Shown in pieces: positions 18,908 to 29,400 of a stretch of 64,000 bases of DNA. The position numbers and the translations under genes were made by a program. The DNA is from a virus (taxonomy: Duplodnaviria; Caudoviricetes), in the IMG/VR virus record IMGVR_UViG_3300035685_000002, positions 1-64,000 of that record; one strand, given 5' to 3'. Within the stretch, counting starts at the first letter, position 1. Each line of letters begins with the position of its first letter. Under the pieces are notes generated by a model. The model was given only the letters and a program-made list of their open reading frames with translations, had not been told where the DNA came from and made no database searches.

Positions 18908-20530
18908 ATGCCAGATAATCCTATAGTTCCAGCGGCTAATGCACCGACCGGGACTAAACCTACAACTAGTACAGCAACCGGAACCAAGCCTGCAACGAGT
19001 ACGACATCAGGAGAGACGCTTTCGACGACAGGTAGTCGGGCTGTAGCGCTCCTAGATCCAACTAAAAACCCAGGTTTCACGTCTAAGACTCCTAGTAAGC
19101 TAGCGAAATCAACACTGAAGGGACAGCATGTTGATTTAAAAGCATATCTAGAGGTTCTTAAAACTGTAGAAATTACGTTTATCAATGGTGATCTAAAAGA
19201 ACGGACACTGAAGATTGGTCAGTACCTCGGTGTAGGAATCGAAGACATATCCCATAATTCTGGTGCTAGCTGGTCGGCTGCCGGGGAGAGTGGTGTACGG
19301 AATAATCTCAATTTCAGCAAACTATCTGAACGAACATTTTCTTTAAATCTTCAGTTTTACGACATAGCGGAGGACATATCTCAGTTGGTTGAGAACTTGG
19401 AACACCTGACTCGCATCCCTAGTGGTTCCAAGAGTCCGCCATTACTTATCTACAAGCAGGGTAAGCTTGTCATGAAACCAGTTGTCTGTACTGGAATCAA
19501 ATCCAATTACAAGAACCCGCGATTCACTGATAAAGGGTTTATGTATGCCGAGATGACGCTTGACTTCATGCTAGTTGGGGGTGCAGCTAGTGAACACGCT
19601 TTAGGTGGACCGCTTGCACCTAATCCGTTGAGTGACTGGCTGTCTGAACAGAGCAAAGCCGAGCGTGAAAAGCAGCAAGGAATAGATAGCGCCAAGAGAT
19701 TGCTCTATGACTGTCTGGGAACCGCAGGCAATGCTCAGTTGGAGTCTTCCCTCAAGGACGGTAAATATAAGACGGTTAATGGCGTTCTAGGAATGGACTC
19801 TGGTCTTGTGTTGCAGTTGGCGATCGCTGGAATGATTCCTGCTGATGTCCTTGGCGATCGCTCTATTCAGCAAAAAATATCAAAACAAATCGCTGTCTCT
19901 CTTGCAGCTAAAGAACCAGGGGTTGGTGGTAATCCAAAATATGAAACCCAGCTACGTAATTATTTACTTGGAAGCACGTCACTTAATTCCCTCGATAAGA
20001 CCTTGACTGCCATCACTTCTAGTGGGAAGTCACTAGCGGATGAGATCAAGGCAGATTACGATGTCATGGTTGACGCAGTTATTACCCAGAAGTTGGCAGA
20101 TGACTCGGCTTTGTTTAATCGTGCAGCATTCCCTACAGCGGGTGAGAGATTCCAAGGTATTGGTAGTTGTGGGAATTTAATGCGCAAATCTGATGCTGCG
20201 AAGATCAACCCTGACGATCCAGTACAGGACGCCAATGCTCTTCAGCAGTTGACCGGATTTATAGATCAGGTCAATAAAAAAGACAAGAAAATCACAAAGA
20301 CTATGGTCTTCAACGCATTTGGTCTTAAGCTGGGTGATGAAGCTAAGGTGAAACAGATACTAGAACGTAGTCCTTATAAAGATAAACAGGATTTTATAGA
20401 CAGACTTAAGGATGTGTTTGGGGGTGATGCTGGCGCTAGGGTTGTTTGGGCTAGCTTCCAGTCCTATGCAGAAGCTAATAAGGATAAGTTGGGCAATGCC
20501 ACTGCGGATTTTGGAGGACAAGAAAAATAA
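18908..20530 (+). CDS. putative tail tube initiator/baseplate hub-like protein with a C-terminal HhH-like region
   Basis: RTFSLNLQF, PPLLIYKQG..VVCT.I...Y and AEMTLDF resemble P2 GpU/CIS tube-initiator domains. ILERSPYKD..DF..R resembles a helix-hairpin-helix. Confidence 0.5.
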   Translation: MPDNPIVPAANAPTGTKPTTSTATGTKPATSTTSGETLSTTGSRAVALLDPTKNPGFTSKTPSKLAKSTLKGQHVDLKAYLEVLKTVEITFINGDLKERTLKIGQYLGVGIEDISHNSGASWSAAGESGVRNNLNFSKLSERTFSLNLQFYDIAEDISQLVENLEHLTRIPSGSKSPPLLIYKQGKLVMKPVVCTGIKSNYKNPRFTDKGFMYAEMTLDFMLVGGAASEHALGGPLAPNPLSDWLSEQSKAEREKQQGIDSAKRLLYDCLGTAGNAQLESSLKDGKYKTVNGVLGMDSGLVLQLAIAGMIPADVLGDRSIQQKISKQIAVSLAAKEPGVGGNPKYETQLRNYLLGSTSLNSLDKTLTAITSSGKSLADEIKADYDVMVDAVITQKLADDSALFNRAAFPTAGERFQGIGSCGNLMRKSDAAKINPDDPVQDANALQQLTGFIDQVNKKDKKITKTMVFNAFGLKLGDEAKVKQILERSPYKDKQDFIDRLKDVFGGDAGARVVWASFQSYAEANKDKLGNATADFGGQEK

Positions 20531-20612
20531 TCTATAATACGTCATAATGCTTGACTTTGTGTTGTATATAAGCTATACTTATAAATGTAGAGCAATATAT
20601 AACTAAAAACAC

Positions 20613-20978
20613 ATGGACAGTTTAATCAGTGCAGCGGTTCTCCTAATCCAATCTCGTTCAACGAAAGGAGACTTGAAGACAAAGGCAGCAGCCGCGATCG
20701 CACAAAGCCAATCCCTACAATTCCAAATAATCAAGTTATGTATATGGCTCGCATTCCTCCTAATCAACTTCAAGCTGTTTACAGCATGGTTAGGACTCCA
20801 TATAAAGCTCTGGCAGCTTAGAATGGCGTGGGAAATGTTCCTGGTAAATCAGGGCCTTGATGACCTCCTGGTCTCAGTCCGAAGTTACCTAAGCGGATTC
20901 TTCGACGGAATGGGAGTAGCGATTCTGATGATGGTCGGATTCATCCTCTATCTCAGATTCAAGCAGCATAAAGAGTAA
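20613..20978 (+). CDS. membrane protein
   Basis: Two or three hydrophobic segments. Has its own TTGACT..TATACT promoter and a terminator. Confidence 0.6.
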   Translation: MDSLISAAVLLIQSRSTKGDLKTKAAAAIAQSQSLQFQIIKLCIWLAFLLINFKLFTAWLGLHIKLWQLRMAWEMFLVNQGLDDLLVSVRSYLSGFFDGMGVAILMMVGFILYLRFKQHKE

Positions 20979-21029
20979 AATTAACCCAGGCGGTAATTAT
21001 CGCCTGGGTTAATTATTGGAGTAGTAAAT

Positions 21030-21125
21030 ATGGATACAGCTTATATCTATGGTGTCTTGTCCGGAATAGTGGCAACTTGTGCTATCGCCTTCTATCTTGT
21101 CAAAAATAATAAACCTTTAATATAA
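21030..21125 (+). CDS. 31-aa single-transmembrane peptide (not in the ORF track)
   Basis: MDTAYIYGVLSGIVATCAIAFYLVKNNKPLI*; GGAG upstream, terminator downstream. Confidence 0.45.
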   Translation: MDTAYIYGVLSGIVATCAIAFYLVKNNKPLI

Positions 21126-21161
21126 ACACAAAAAGGTAGGACTTATTGCCTACCTTTTTGT

Positions 21162-21497
21162 CTAACTGCGGAATGCTATGCGAGTAACAAATAGTGCCCC
21201 CCATAACACTCCTAATATGAGTTTGACTCCTGATATCATTCCAAGACACGCGCCAAGGAACATGAACCGAGTCACAACGTATAATGCACCCAAGATATGG
21301 GCTGGGTTTATTTCTTCCAGGAATTTCTTTCCTAGGAGAAATTCAACCAATGTTCTCAGTGCTTCAAGCTCTTCCTGGACTACCCAGGAAAGTATGACTT
21401 GCAGCCCATCTAATCCTTTGCGGATAACCTCTTGTGCTGATGCGGATAGAACCGCGATCGCCGCATAAGAAATTGCGATGCCTTTTATTACCTGCAT
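21162..21497 (-). CDS. membrane protein
   Basis: GAGGTG RBS; several hydrophobic segments. Confidence 0.55.
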   Translation of the reverse strand: MQVIKGIAISYAAIAVLSASAQEVIRKGLDGLQVILSWVVQEELEALRTLVEFLLGKKFLEEINPAHILGALYVVTRFMFLGACLGMISGVKLILGVLWGALFVTRIAFRS

Positions 21498-21530
21498 GGT
21501 ACACCTCGTTTTATACTAACTTATTATAAT

Positions 21531-22853
21531 ATGAACTACATTAGAAATGCAATATCGGCGATCGCTCTTTCACAATCCAAAATTCTGGAAATTGCTTATT
21601 TAGTACAAGCAGATGTTGGTCAAGATTGGAAAGAGGGGCGAGTGATCCGAAAGCCAGACGGAACTTTCCTGAAATGGAAACCTTCTGGATCTTCTATTAT
21701 CCCCGGTCGCAAGGGTGATGGAAAATTAGAAAAAGTCAAATCTACCCAGGATATAGAGGAAAGCTCTGGGAAGTCAGAAGACGAGCTATCTTATGCGTTA
21801 GATAAGCAGGCAGATAGGGCAGACGAACTGTTAGACGCTGCATCTAGAAAGATTTCTGCTTATAGATCAGCTATGAATATTGCCAAAGATTCAAAAGCTA
21901 GAGAAAAACTCGATGAGGAATTGAGGGCTACCATTAAAGACGTTGCTCAAAAAATAAGTAAAGAGCTTACTAGTGATGAAAATTATGTAAAAGCCCTAGA
22001 GAAGCAGGTTCGTAGAGATGCAAACCAAGAGAGAGTGATGGCTTTCAACAGCGCCTTAAATAAGCTTGCTGGTGGAGAGAGAATTCGTCAAGCTCCTGGC
22101 AATATTGCTAAATCTGCATTAAAAGAAGGGACGACGGGGGCTAAAGCTCTAGCTTCTCCAGAGGGGAGGGTAGCTGCCGCAACAGCCGGAGTAGTAGCAA
22201 TGGGTGTTCTGGTCGCAGCTCTCAATAAGAAGAAGGCATTAAACCTTTTGTTGAAACAAGTAGAGAAAGCTGGGGCAAAAAAATATACCAGAGATGTTGC
22301 TGAGAGGATGGGGGCTGATGTTAAAGATGTGGGTATCGTGACCAAAACCCTAGAAAAGGCGGAGGATTCTGTCCCGATTGTTGGAGCAATGCTGCGATCA
22401 CATCGTAAAGAGAAGGCAGTAGAACTTAGTAAAAATCTAGGCAAGGAAGCTAGAGGTAAGGCTGAAGATGCTCTAACTGCAATGAAGGAGACCGAGATCG
22501 ATAAAGCATGGGAAGATGTTGACGATTTATTTGCGGATGTTCCTGATTCAGTTCGCGGGTCTGGGATAATAGATACTCTCTCCAACATTGTTAGTAAGCC
22601 TGGTTCTGAAATGAGGAACCTAAAATTATCGTCAGGACAAAGAGGTGTGATCGCAGCTCCTATTCTTTCTGTCGCCATGAATTCTGCTGGGTTGGGAGAT
22701 GACACTATATTTGACGACTTGATGAATATGCTGTCTGATGGTGGATTCAAACTTAGTGCTGAAGATATACAAGATGCATCTGATATGCTTAGAGACCCAA
22801 AAGTTATGAAAAGGATCGCTGATGAGCTAGTGAATTCTATGGGCAAGTTCTAA
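21531..22853 (+). CDS. leader-bearing protein of unknown activity (coiled coil plus one TM)
   Basis: N-terminal helix then QADVGQDWKEGRVIRKPDGTF, a variant of the shared leader; TM segment VAAATAGVVAMGVLVAAL. Confidence 0.65.
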   Translation: MNYIRNAISAIALSQSKILEIAYLVQADVGQDWKEGRVIRKPDGTFLKWKPSGSSIIPGRKGDGKLEKVKSTQDIEESSGKSEDELSYALDKQADRADELLDAASRKISAYRSAMNIAKDSKAREKLDEELRATIKDVAQKISKELTSDENYVKALEKQVRRDANQERVMAFNSALNKLAGGERIRQAPGNIAKSALKEGTTGAKALASPEGRVAAATAGVVAMGVLVAALNKKKALNLLLKQVEKAGAKKYTRDVAERMGADVKDVGIVTKTLEKAEDSVPIVGAMLRSHRKEKAVELSKNLGKEARGKAEDALTAMKETEIDKAWEDVDDLFADVPDSVRGSGIIDTLSNIVSKPGSEMRNLKLSSGQRGVIAAPILSVAMNSAGLGDDTIFDDLMNMLSDGGFKLSAEDIQDASDMLRDPKVMKRIADELVNSMGKF

Positions 22854-22914
22854 TATATCTTTGTATGTCTATTTGTGTTATAATAATACAGTAAACACAA
22901 ATAGACAAACAAAT

Positions 22915-23364
22915 ATGCTATTTTTAATCATCACCAAGATCCCATCATCTGGCTCTTCCAATGTTGTTGCTACGATTGAAAACTGGAAGGAATCTCAGAA
23001 GAGATACGCTAACTGGAATTTGTCATACGAAGACGCCTTTAAGGCATTCCAGATGAGCATCATAAAAGACGGGGAGGAAGAGGGCGATCGCGTCCTAACA
23101 GAGAAACTGTTCACTGTCTCGAAGTTCGGGGCATTACCAACCAAGGTGATACACCGTCTGTCATTGACAGACATAGTAGATACCAAGGGGTACGGGAAAG
23201 CGGAATATATCAGCAGTACAATATTGCAATCAAATTCAGCCCTAATCACCTCAATCGAGGAGATAGCGAAAGAGGCATGGCCAGATGAACCCGGTGTTCT
23301 TAGTGACATTGAAGTGATACGGCAAGCATCGCAAGCCAAAAATCTATTTATCAAGGTCGTTTAA
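22915..23364 (+). CDS. hypothetical protein
   Basis: ATG at 22915 after a promoter-like TGTGTTATAAT..GTAAAC; terminator downstream. Confidence 0.6.
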   Translation: MLFLIITKIPSSGSSNVVATIENWKESQKRYANWNLSYEDAFKAFQMSIIKDGEEEGDRVLTEKLFTVSKFGALPTKVIHRLSLTDIVDTKGYGKAEYISSTILQSNSALITSIEEIAKEAWPDEPGVLSDIEVIRQASQAKNLFIKVV

Positions 23365-23424
23365 AATCAGCTCAGGTAGAGTATTCTGCCTGAGCTGATT
23401 TCTTAGTTTTAATAAACCTTTATT

Positions 23425-24741
23425 ATGCAGTCACCTTCCACCAGCTCTTTACTGCTTCTATTTCATGCACAGTCTCTGTTGTGTCAGCTAGAGACTGAAT
23501 TTAGTTGGGATAAGAAAAACCCGTGGGTTAACAGAGGTGGAGATGGGAAATTTCAAGGAAACACTGGTGGAGCTGGTCAGGTTGCAAACTACCTGAAAGA
23601 AGCTAAGGAGTATATAGATGATTTTGATTTACCTAGCGATATTGGATCGCAAGATACAGAGGCTCCAGATCTAGGTGGGGGTAGTGCATTAAAAAATAGT
23701 GCGATTGCTTCTGCTATGATTGCAGGCATTCCAGCTACTGCATATCTTTTGCTTAGGCTGAGATATCGATCTAATTTCGATCGTTCCGCAAAGCTAGTGA
23801 AGGCTCTTGCTAAAGAAATTAAAGTTCCAGATGAATTGGTAACTACTCCTCGTGGTCGGAGAATCGAATGCAACCAAATGACAATCTTCACGACTGGATT
23901 TGATGCTCAAGAGGGTAAGATTGGAACGCATTTCATGAGTGAATCCCTTTATAAAGATGAAAATTATGAAAAATATTTTGAAGGAAACTTTTTCTCTCCG
24001 TTTTTAAATAAAGATTTTAACGTTAAAGAGGCTATTCATAAAGGCGGAAAAGTTCCTTCTCCAATGGATATCGTAAAAGGAGTCATCAAAAAAGATCCAA
24101 AGGTGATGGAATATCCTAATGCTATTGTCAATGGCTTTAAGGTCATGATAGATAAGGCTGTCAACGTGGGATATAACGAATCTGCTATTAAAATGGCAGC
24201 ACAAGCCAAGGCGTTTCATGATAAGCATGGTGACAAGGCTGGGTTGAATTTATTGGGTTATTCTGCTGGAGGAATGATTACTCATGAGGCTGCTGAATTG
24301 TTGGATAAATTAGGTATTAAAGCCAAGGTAGTCAATCTAGGTAGTCCTTGGTATATGCTAACCAAGAAAGTTGGACCTAGCGTAACTATCACGTCAAAGC
24401 AGGATGATGTAATGAATTTTACTCCGGTTAGAGATGCTTTACATATCGATTCGGTTAGGAGTCATGTTCTTTATTTTAAAGATAAAGAGGTTCTAAGCTT
24501 TTTGGGTCGGTTTATGTCTAGCAATATTGATGATGCCGATGATCTTAAAAATAGCTGGAGGACTCTTTCAGATAAATTCGATATCGGAGATAAAGGCAAG
24601 AGACTTCCAGATAGAAGTAAAATCAATAAAAGAAAAGCTGAGTCTAAAAAACATAATTCAAAAACAGAAACAACCCCTCCTCGATTTGAACAATCCAAAA
24701 CAGTAGAGGTTGCTAAACCAGAGGAGCTAGCAGGTGAATAA
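23425..24741 (+). CDS. leader-bearing effector with an alpha/beta hydrolase (lipase-like) domain
   Basis: N-terminal EFSWDKKNPWVNRGGDGKF, a TM segment, the nucleophile elbow GYSAGG, LGSP, and candidate D (QDD) and H (SHVLY). Confidence 0.78.
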   Translation: MQSPSTSSLLLLFHAQSLLCQLETEFSWDKKNPWVNRGGDGKFQGNTGGAGQVANYLKEAKEYIDDFDLPSDIGSQDTEAPDLGGGSALKNSAIASAMIAGIPATAYLLLRLRYRSNFDRSAKLVKALAKEIKVPDELVTTPRGRRIECNQMTIFTTGFDAQEGKIGTHFMSESLYKDENYEKYFEGNFFSPFLNKDFNVKEAIHKGGKVPSPMDIVKGVIKKDPKVMEYPNAIVNGFKVMIDKAVNVGYNESAIKMAAQAKAFHDKHGDKAGLNLLGYSAGGMITHEAAELLDKLGIKAKVVNLGSPWYMLTKKVGPSVTITSKQDDVMNFTPVRDALHIDSVRSHVLYFKDKEVLSFLGRFMSSNIDDADDLKNSWRTLSDKFDIGDKGKRLPDRSKINKRKAESKKHNSKTETTPPRFEQSKTVEVAKPEELAGE

Positions 24742-26194
24742 GCGTATAGAGATTCTCAGTAGTGTCGCCACAATTCAACTTGTACGAAGTCAGTGCTATA
24801 GCTTGGGGCTATTAATTTCAGCAGCAGAAGCAAAATTCGACGAAAAGAAGGTTGTTAGGGGACCAGGAGGGAGGTTTGGGGATAAGAAGGATGTACAACC
24901 AGAGCCTAGCGAGCCATCAGCTCCTCAGGTATCTCCAGAGGAGCGTGAGAAACGCAAGCAGCTAAATGCGGCAATAGAAAAAATCAATAATACAGCTAGG
25001 AATTTTGCCTTTGGAAGGGATGCGATCGCGAAACTTCAAAATATGGCAAACAATATCAAAGGAGTCAAGGATGTTCATCAAGTATTCAAGGAAGCCCAGA
25101 AAGCTTCTCAAGAACTACAGATTAGCGAATCCTTAAATGAAACGATTCAAAATGCTAGTGAGAAGATTAAAGAAATAACCGAAAGTCCTGCTAGGCAACC
25201 TGGACTCACAAAAGAGCAAGCAATTGGTACAGCTATTGGAGTTGCTGTTGTTCTTGGTGGAATTCTCGGTGTTGTCCAAAAGCGCAAAGCGGTTAAGCTC
25301 GCTGAAGAATTATTGGCTGGAGGGAAAGTAGATCTGGATATTGAGGCGATCGCAAAACAGGGCGACTCTCTTGGCTCTAATGCAGAAGTTAACGAAGCCA
25401 CAAGCGTCGTGAACAATAAGCTTCAAGACCTCATAGAGAGCATTACCGGAACCAAAGCTAAACAACAGTTAGCTAAAGAGCGATCGCTTCAGAGAGGTGC
25501 CCCAGTAGACACGAAAGTTCCTAGGATAATGGTTAAATCCCATTTAGGGGACAATATTCCGATAAAGACATCTGCTGAGTTCCAATCTAACTATAAGCAG
25601 GCTACGGCAGACCTTCATGCTGTAGCCGATGATGTTATGAGGACAGAGTCCTGTGTGGTTATGAACCTTAAGACGGGGCAGCGCTCAAAGGTTATCAAGG
25701 AGAAAGGTGGTAGTTCAGCTGTTACCGTCAATACCTTACAGAAAGGAGCCGATGAGGTTTCTAGTGCTTTGAAGGATAAGGTGTCTGATCTTGTCTTCTT
25801 GCATACTCATCCTCGTCCAGGTGGACTATCTATCGCAGACTTTGATGTTAGTAAGGCAGTTGCCTGGGTTCATGCAGTTGATAGTCATGGGAATGTATTC
25901 CAGGGTAAGATGATCAAAGGTCAAGCCGCTGATCTTAATACCATAGAAACCGCAATTGATCACTTGTTTACACAAAATAAAAAAGCTATTCAGTTAGCAA
26001 AACAGCAAAAATGGGATGCAGAACACGCTGATGAATATAACGTATTAGCGCATCACATGATGGCTGAATATGCTAAAAAAAGAGGACTAGTTCAACATGA
26101 AGTGCAGTTGACACCGGGCTGGCAGGCATTTATGGAACGACATGATTCTTTCATGCAATCAATGTATTCAGAGTTGGATTCTCTAATTTCTTAG
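24734..26194 (+). CDS. leader-bearing effector with a C-terminal JAB/MPN (JAMM) domain
   Basis: N-terminal SAAEAKFDEKKVVRGPGGRF, a TM segment, then E..(ESCVV)..HTHP...LSIAD. Confidence 0.72.
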   Translation: MNKRIEILSSVATIQLVRSQCYSLGLLISAAEAKFDEKKVVRGPGGRFGDKKDVQPEPSEPSAPQVSPEEREKRKQLNAAIEKINNTARNFAFGRDAIAKLQNMANNIKGVKDVHQVFKEAQKASQELQISESLNETIQNASEKIKEITESPARQPGLTKEQAIGTAIGVAVVLGGILGVVQKRKAVKLAEELLAGGKVDLDIEAIAKQGDSLGSNAEVNEATSVVNNKLQDLIESITGTKAKQQLAKERSLQRGAPVDTKVPRIMVKSHLGDNIPIKTSAEFQSNYKQATADLHAVADDVMRTESCVVMNLKTGQRSKVIKEKGGSSAVTVNTLQKGADEVSSALKDKVSDLVFLHTHPRPGGLSIADFDVSKAVAWVHAVDSHGNVFQGKMIKGQAADLNTIETAIDHLFTQNKKAIQLAKQQKWDAEHADEYNVLAHHMMAEYAKKRGLVQHEVQLTPGWQAFMERHDSFMQSMYSELDSLIS

Positions 26195-26196
26195 CT

Positions 26197-26400
26197 ATGC
26201 CAAATTTAGATGGTATCGGTGACATTATCGATTACAGCCCCACGATTCCCTACGATAGGGGTGAAATTCTTTCTAATATAGAAAGGATAGAAAAAGAATC
26301 TCAGGATTCACCTCAAAAAACTCAACTATTGGAGCGGTTGAACAATATATTGAAATATCTAGAAACCAGAGAATTGCCTAAATTGAAGCTCTCAGAATAA
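26197..26400 (+). CDS. small protein, putative immunity partner of the JAB effector
   Basis: Starts 2 nt after the effector stop; its own stop is the first TAA of a 16-bp palindrome. Confidence 0.5.
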   Translation: MPNLDGIGDIIDYSPTIPYDRGEILSNIERIEKESQDSPQKTQLLERLNNILKYLETRELPKLKLSE

Positions 26401-26497
26401 TAAACCTTTATTATAAACACCTCTATCAAAAGTTAGACTGAGAGTAACTTAAACTCTCCACCCCACAAGGCGTTCGGATTCCGAGCGCCTATCTTTT

Positions 26498-29400
26498 ATG
26501 GATCAAGATCGGTACGGACTTCGGGCAATTTACTCATTTCAAATTGCTGGCGATGCGATGTCAAACATGGCATCCGTGCGCGATCGCTTAACCGATATCA
26601 TCAACGCAGTCCGCAACCTATCTGAAACCTCTGGTGCCGCAGCACCTAAAATGGGACGAGATTTTGGGCAGATGGGGAGTAGAGTCGCTCGTGGAACCCA
26701 AGGAGCTGCTAGTTCCTTAAATAGCTTTGCCCAGGCAGCAAAAGCCGCCAGGGATAAACTACAGCCATTGAAATCTGAATTTCGTGCCCTAAGAGCCGAG
26801 TCTCGGAATATTGATTTTGGAGACTTGACAGACTCTGCCCAATTCCAACAAGCATCCAGGGATGTCGAGCAGTACATCAATTCCCTCAAAGCACTAGAAA
26901 GACAGATTGAGGGAAATACGTTTGTAGAGCGAGAATTTGGCGCGAGTTTAAAGCAGCAGCAGCGAATTGCCCAAACTCGTGTTGATATGGCAGGAGAACA
27001 GCGAAAGGCGGCGATCGCATCCCAACGATTAGGAGTATCCCAAGGCCTGCAAGCTACAGGGCAAAATATCCTTGGCAATTTAGAGGCACCAATTCAGTCA
27101 GCTCAACAATTACAGCAAAGCCTAGGAAATGTCAAAAAGCTGGCTGATGACTTATCTTCTGAGGGATACAGGGATTTAACCAATTCTGCATTAAATTTCA
27201 GTGCAGCAATTGGAGTTGCAGACACCGAGGTTACTGCAATCTTTGAAGACCTAGCTGGTGCGGGCAAGGGATTTGGTAAAGAGCTTCAAGATCGAATTGG
27301 AGAGACCGAGGGGATTCTCCAGGTAAAGTCAGCTCTGGATGTTAGTATTGGTGCGGCGACTCAGCTCGATATTACGCTTGGGTCGATTTACAAGCATAGT
27401 TTGAATCAATACGCGGGTGGCGTAGTTGAATTAAACCAACGCACTGCTTCTAGCATTAATGAATTAGCTGACAACCTTCAGAACGTCCGGATTTCAGCCG
27501 AAGATGTAATTCCGGTAATGAAGGTTGTTATGAACGTAGCGGGAGATGCGAAAAATTTCCCCGTTTCTGATATCGCTGCATATGGTGCAGCAATTAGTGC
27601 CCTTGGTACTGTCGAGCCTGAAGCGGCGGGGAGCTTTTTTAACCGTCTGGGTACTTCAATGGCCGGCAAATTCAAGGGTGCCTTCATTGAAAATCTGGGA
27701 TATGGAGATGAAGCCACTTTTGGGCAAGCAGTTGATACCGACAAGCTTGGTGTCTTGCTCAGAATATTGGAGAAGTATAAGAACCTGGAAGGAGGTGAGC
27801 TGGTAAAAGGAAGCTTCCTTTCTGGTATTGGGATTAAATCCGCACAAGATCAAAAGTTGGTTCAAGGTTTAGCAAATAACCTAGATGTTCTAATTGAAGC
27901 TCGCAAGGTTGCGGCAGCGGGCTTCCAAGGAGAGGTTGGGAAAGATCTAAGCGTCCAGGCTGAGTTTAATCGCACTATGCAAACTGGTGCGTTTCAATCA
28001 CGCCGATTCCAAGCTGCTGTTACTGCCTTGAAAGACACACTTGGTCTAGCGATTCAGGATGCTCTGACACCCTTCTTAGTGGATCTGTCAGACATTATTG
28101 CTGTTGTCCTGAAATTTACTCAGAAATATCCTGGACTAACTAAGGCGATCGCACTCGGCACATTTGGATTTGGTGCGCTAGCGACAGCAATTGGAACAGC
28201 GGGAATAGTCTTATTCGGTTTCCAGCAAGCATCCGCCACAGCTGCGGTCGCGATGCTGAGTATGCGCTCCTCTCTACTCCCCCTTACAGGCTTCTTCGAG
28301 ACTGGATTAGCAGGCATGACAGGCGGAACGAATGCATTGACTGCCAGCCTAAACCTTTTAGGTGGAGTGGGCAGGATTGCTATTTCTCCATTGATGGCAC
28401 TAGGTGGTGTATTTTCATTCTTGACATCACCGATTATGTTGGCGATCGCATCTATCACTTCGCTTTATGTCTTGTTAGAGTCGCTTACTCCGGGAGTTAA
28501 CTTATTAGGCAGAGCGTTATCTCTACTCGCAGCACCTGTTGGTTTTATTAAAGGTTTATTACAGGGATTATTTGCTGGTATTGCTCCGGTTATAGCACCA
28601 CTAGGTCAGCAAATTCAACGCTCTCTAGTTCGTCCCTTGAGTGTAGTTACAGATGCGTTACATCAGGCTGTTGATACTTTTGCTGTCTTCTCTTCCAAGG
28701 GACAGGAGTTTGGGACTCGCCTAGCCCAAGGGCTAATAGATGGTTTTAATCGAATCGGTAACGCCTGGAATTACACCGTAGAGTGGCTAAAGTCTAGAGT
28801 TACATCATTGCTCTCGTTTTTCAGAACAATTGGGCAGATGTTTGTGTCTGCCCTGTCTGAGAATAGTCCGGGTCCAACGTTCCAGATTCGCGCTAAGTGG
28901 GATGCAGCCATTGAATACATTAAAGAGAAGGTTGCGTCACTAAAGAATGCTATTGCCAGTATAGGTCAACAGATAGCTGATTCATTTTCCAGACTCGTAA
29001 TTTCTATCCAGTCTAATTTTGACAAATTTCTTGTTTATGGAATTCGTGGTGGGATTCGAGCCGCTGCACGAGTTTTGTATTCTGAATTCTCAATCATGGG
29101 AGGAGAGTCAGTTTCGTTATTTGGTGCAATACTTAAGCTTTTTCAAGGCGAATTCCTACTATTTACTGACGGAATAGCATCTTTTTCTCTGAGTCGGGGC
29201 TTTGTAGAGCTACTTGCACCCTTGCGTTCAGAATTCTCATTAGTGGGTGCGGTAATCGGAGTTCAAGTTCAAAGCATATTGGCTGACGGAAAAATCTTTC
29301 AGACCGTATTGAGCGCAATGGCAACAGCAGTATCATATGTTGCCAGGAATCTTCCAATCCTAGCTAGTGGTATTAACTATGTCGCCCTAGCATTTCGAGC

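Noticed and set aside
22088-22846. 252-aa antisense ORF and the many similar antisense ORFs within the TMP, RNR and dnaE genes
   Set aside because: They are shadow frames of well-supported genes, with no motifs or RBS.
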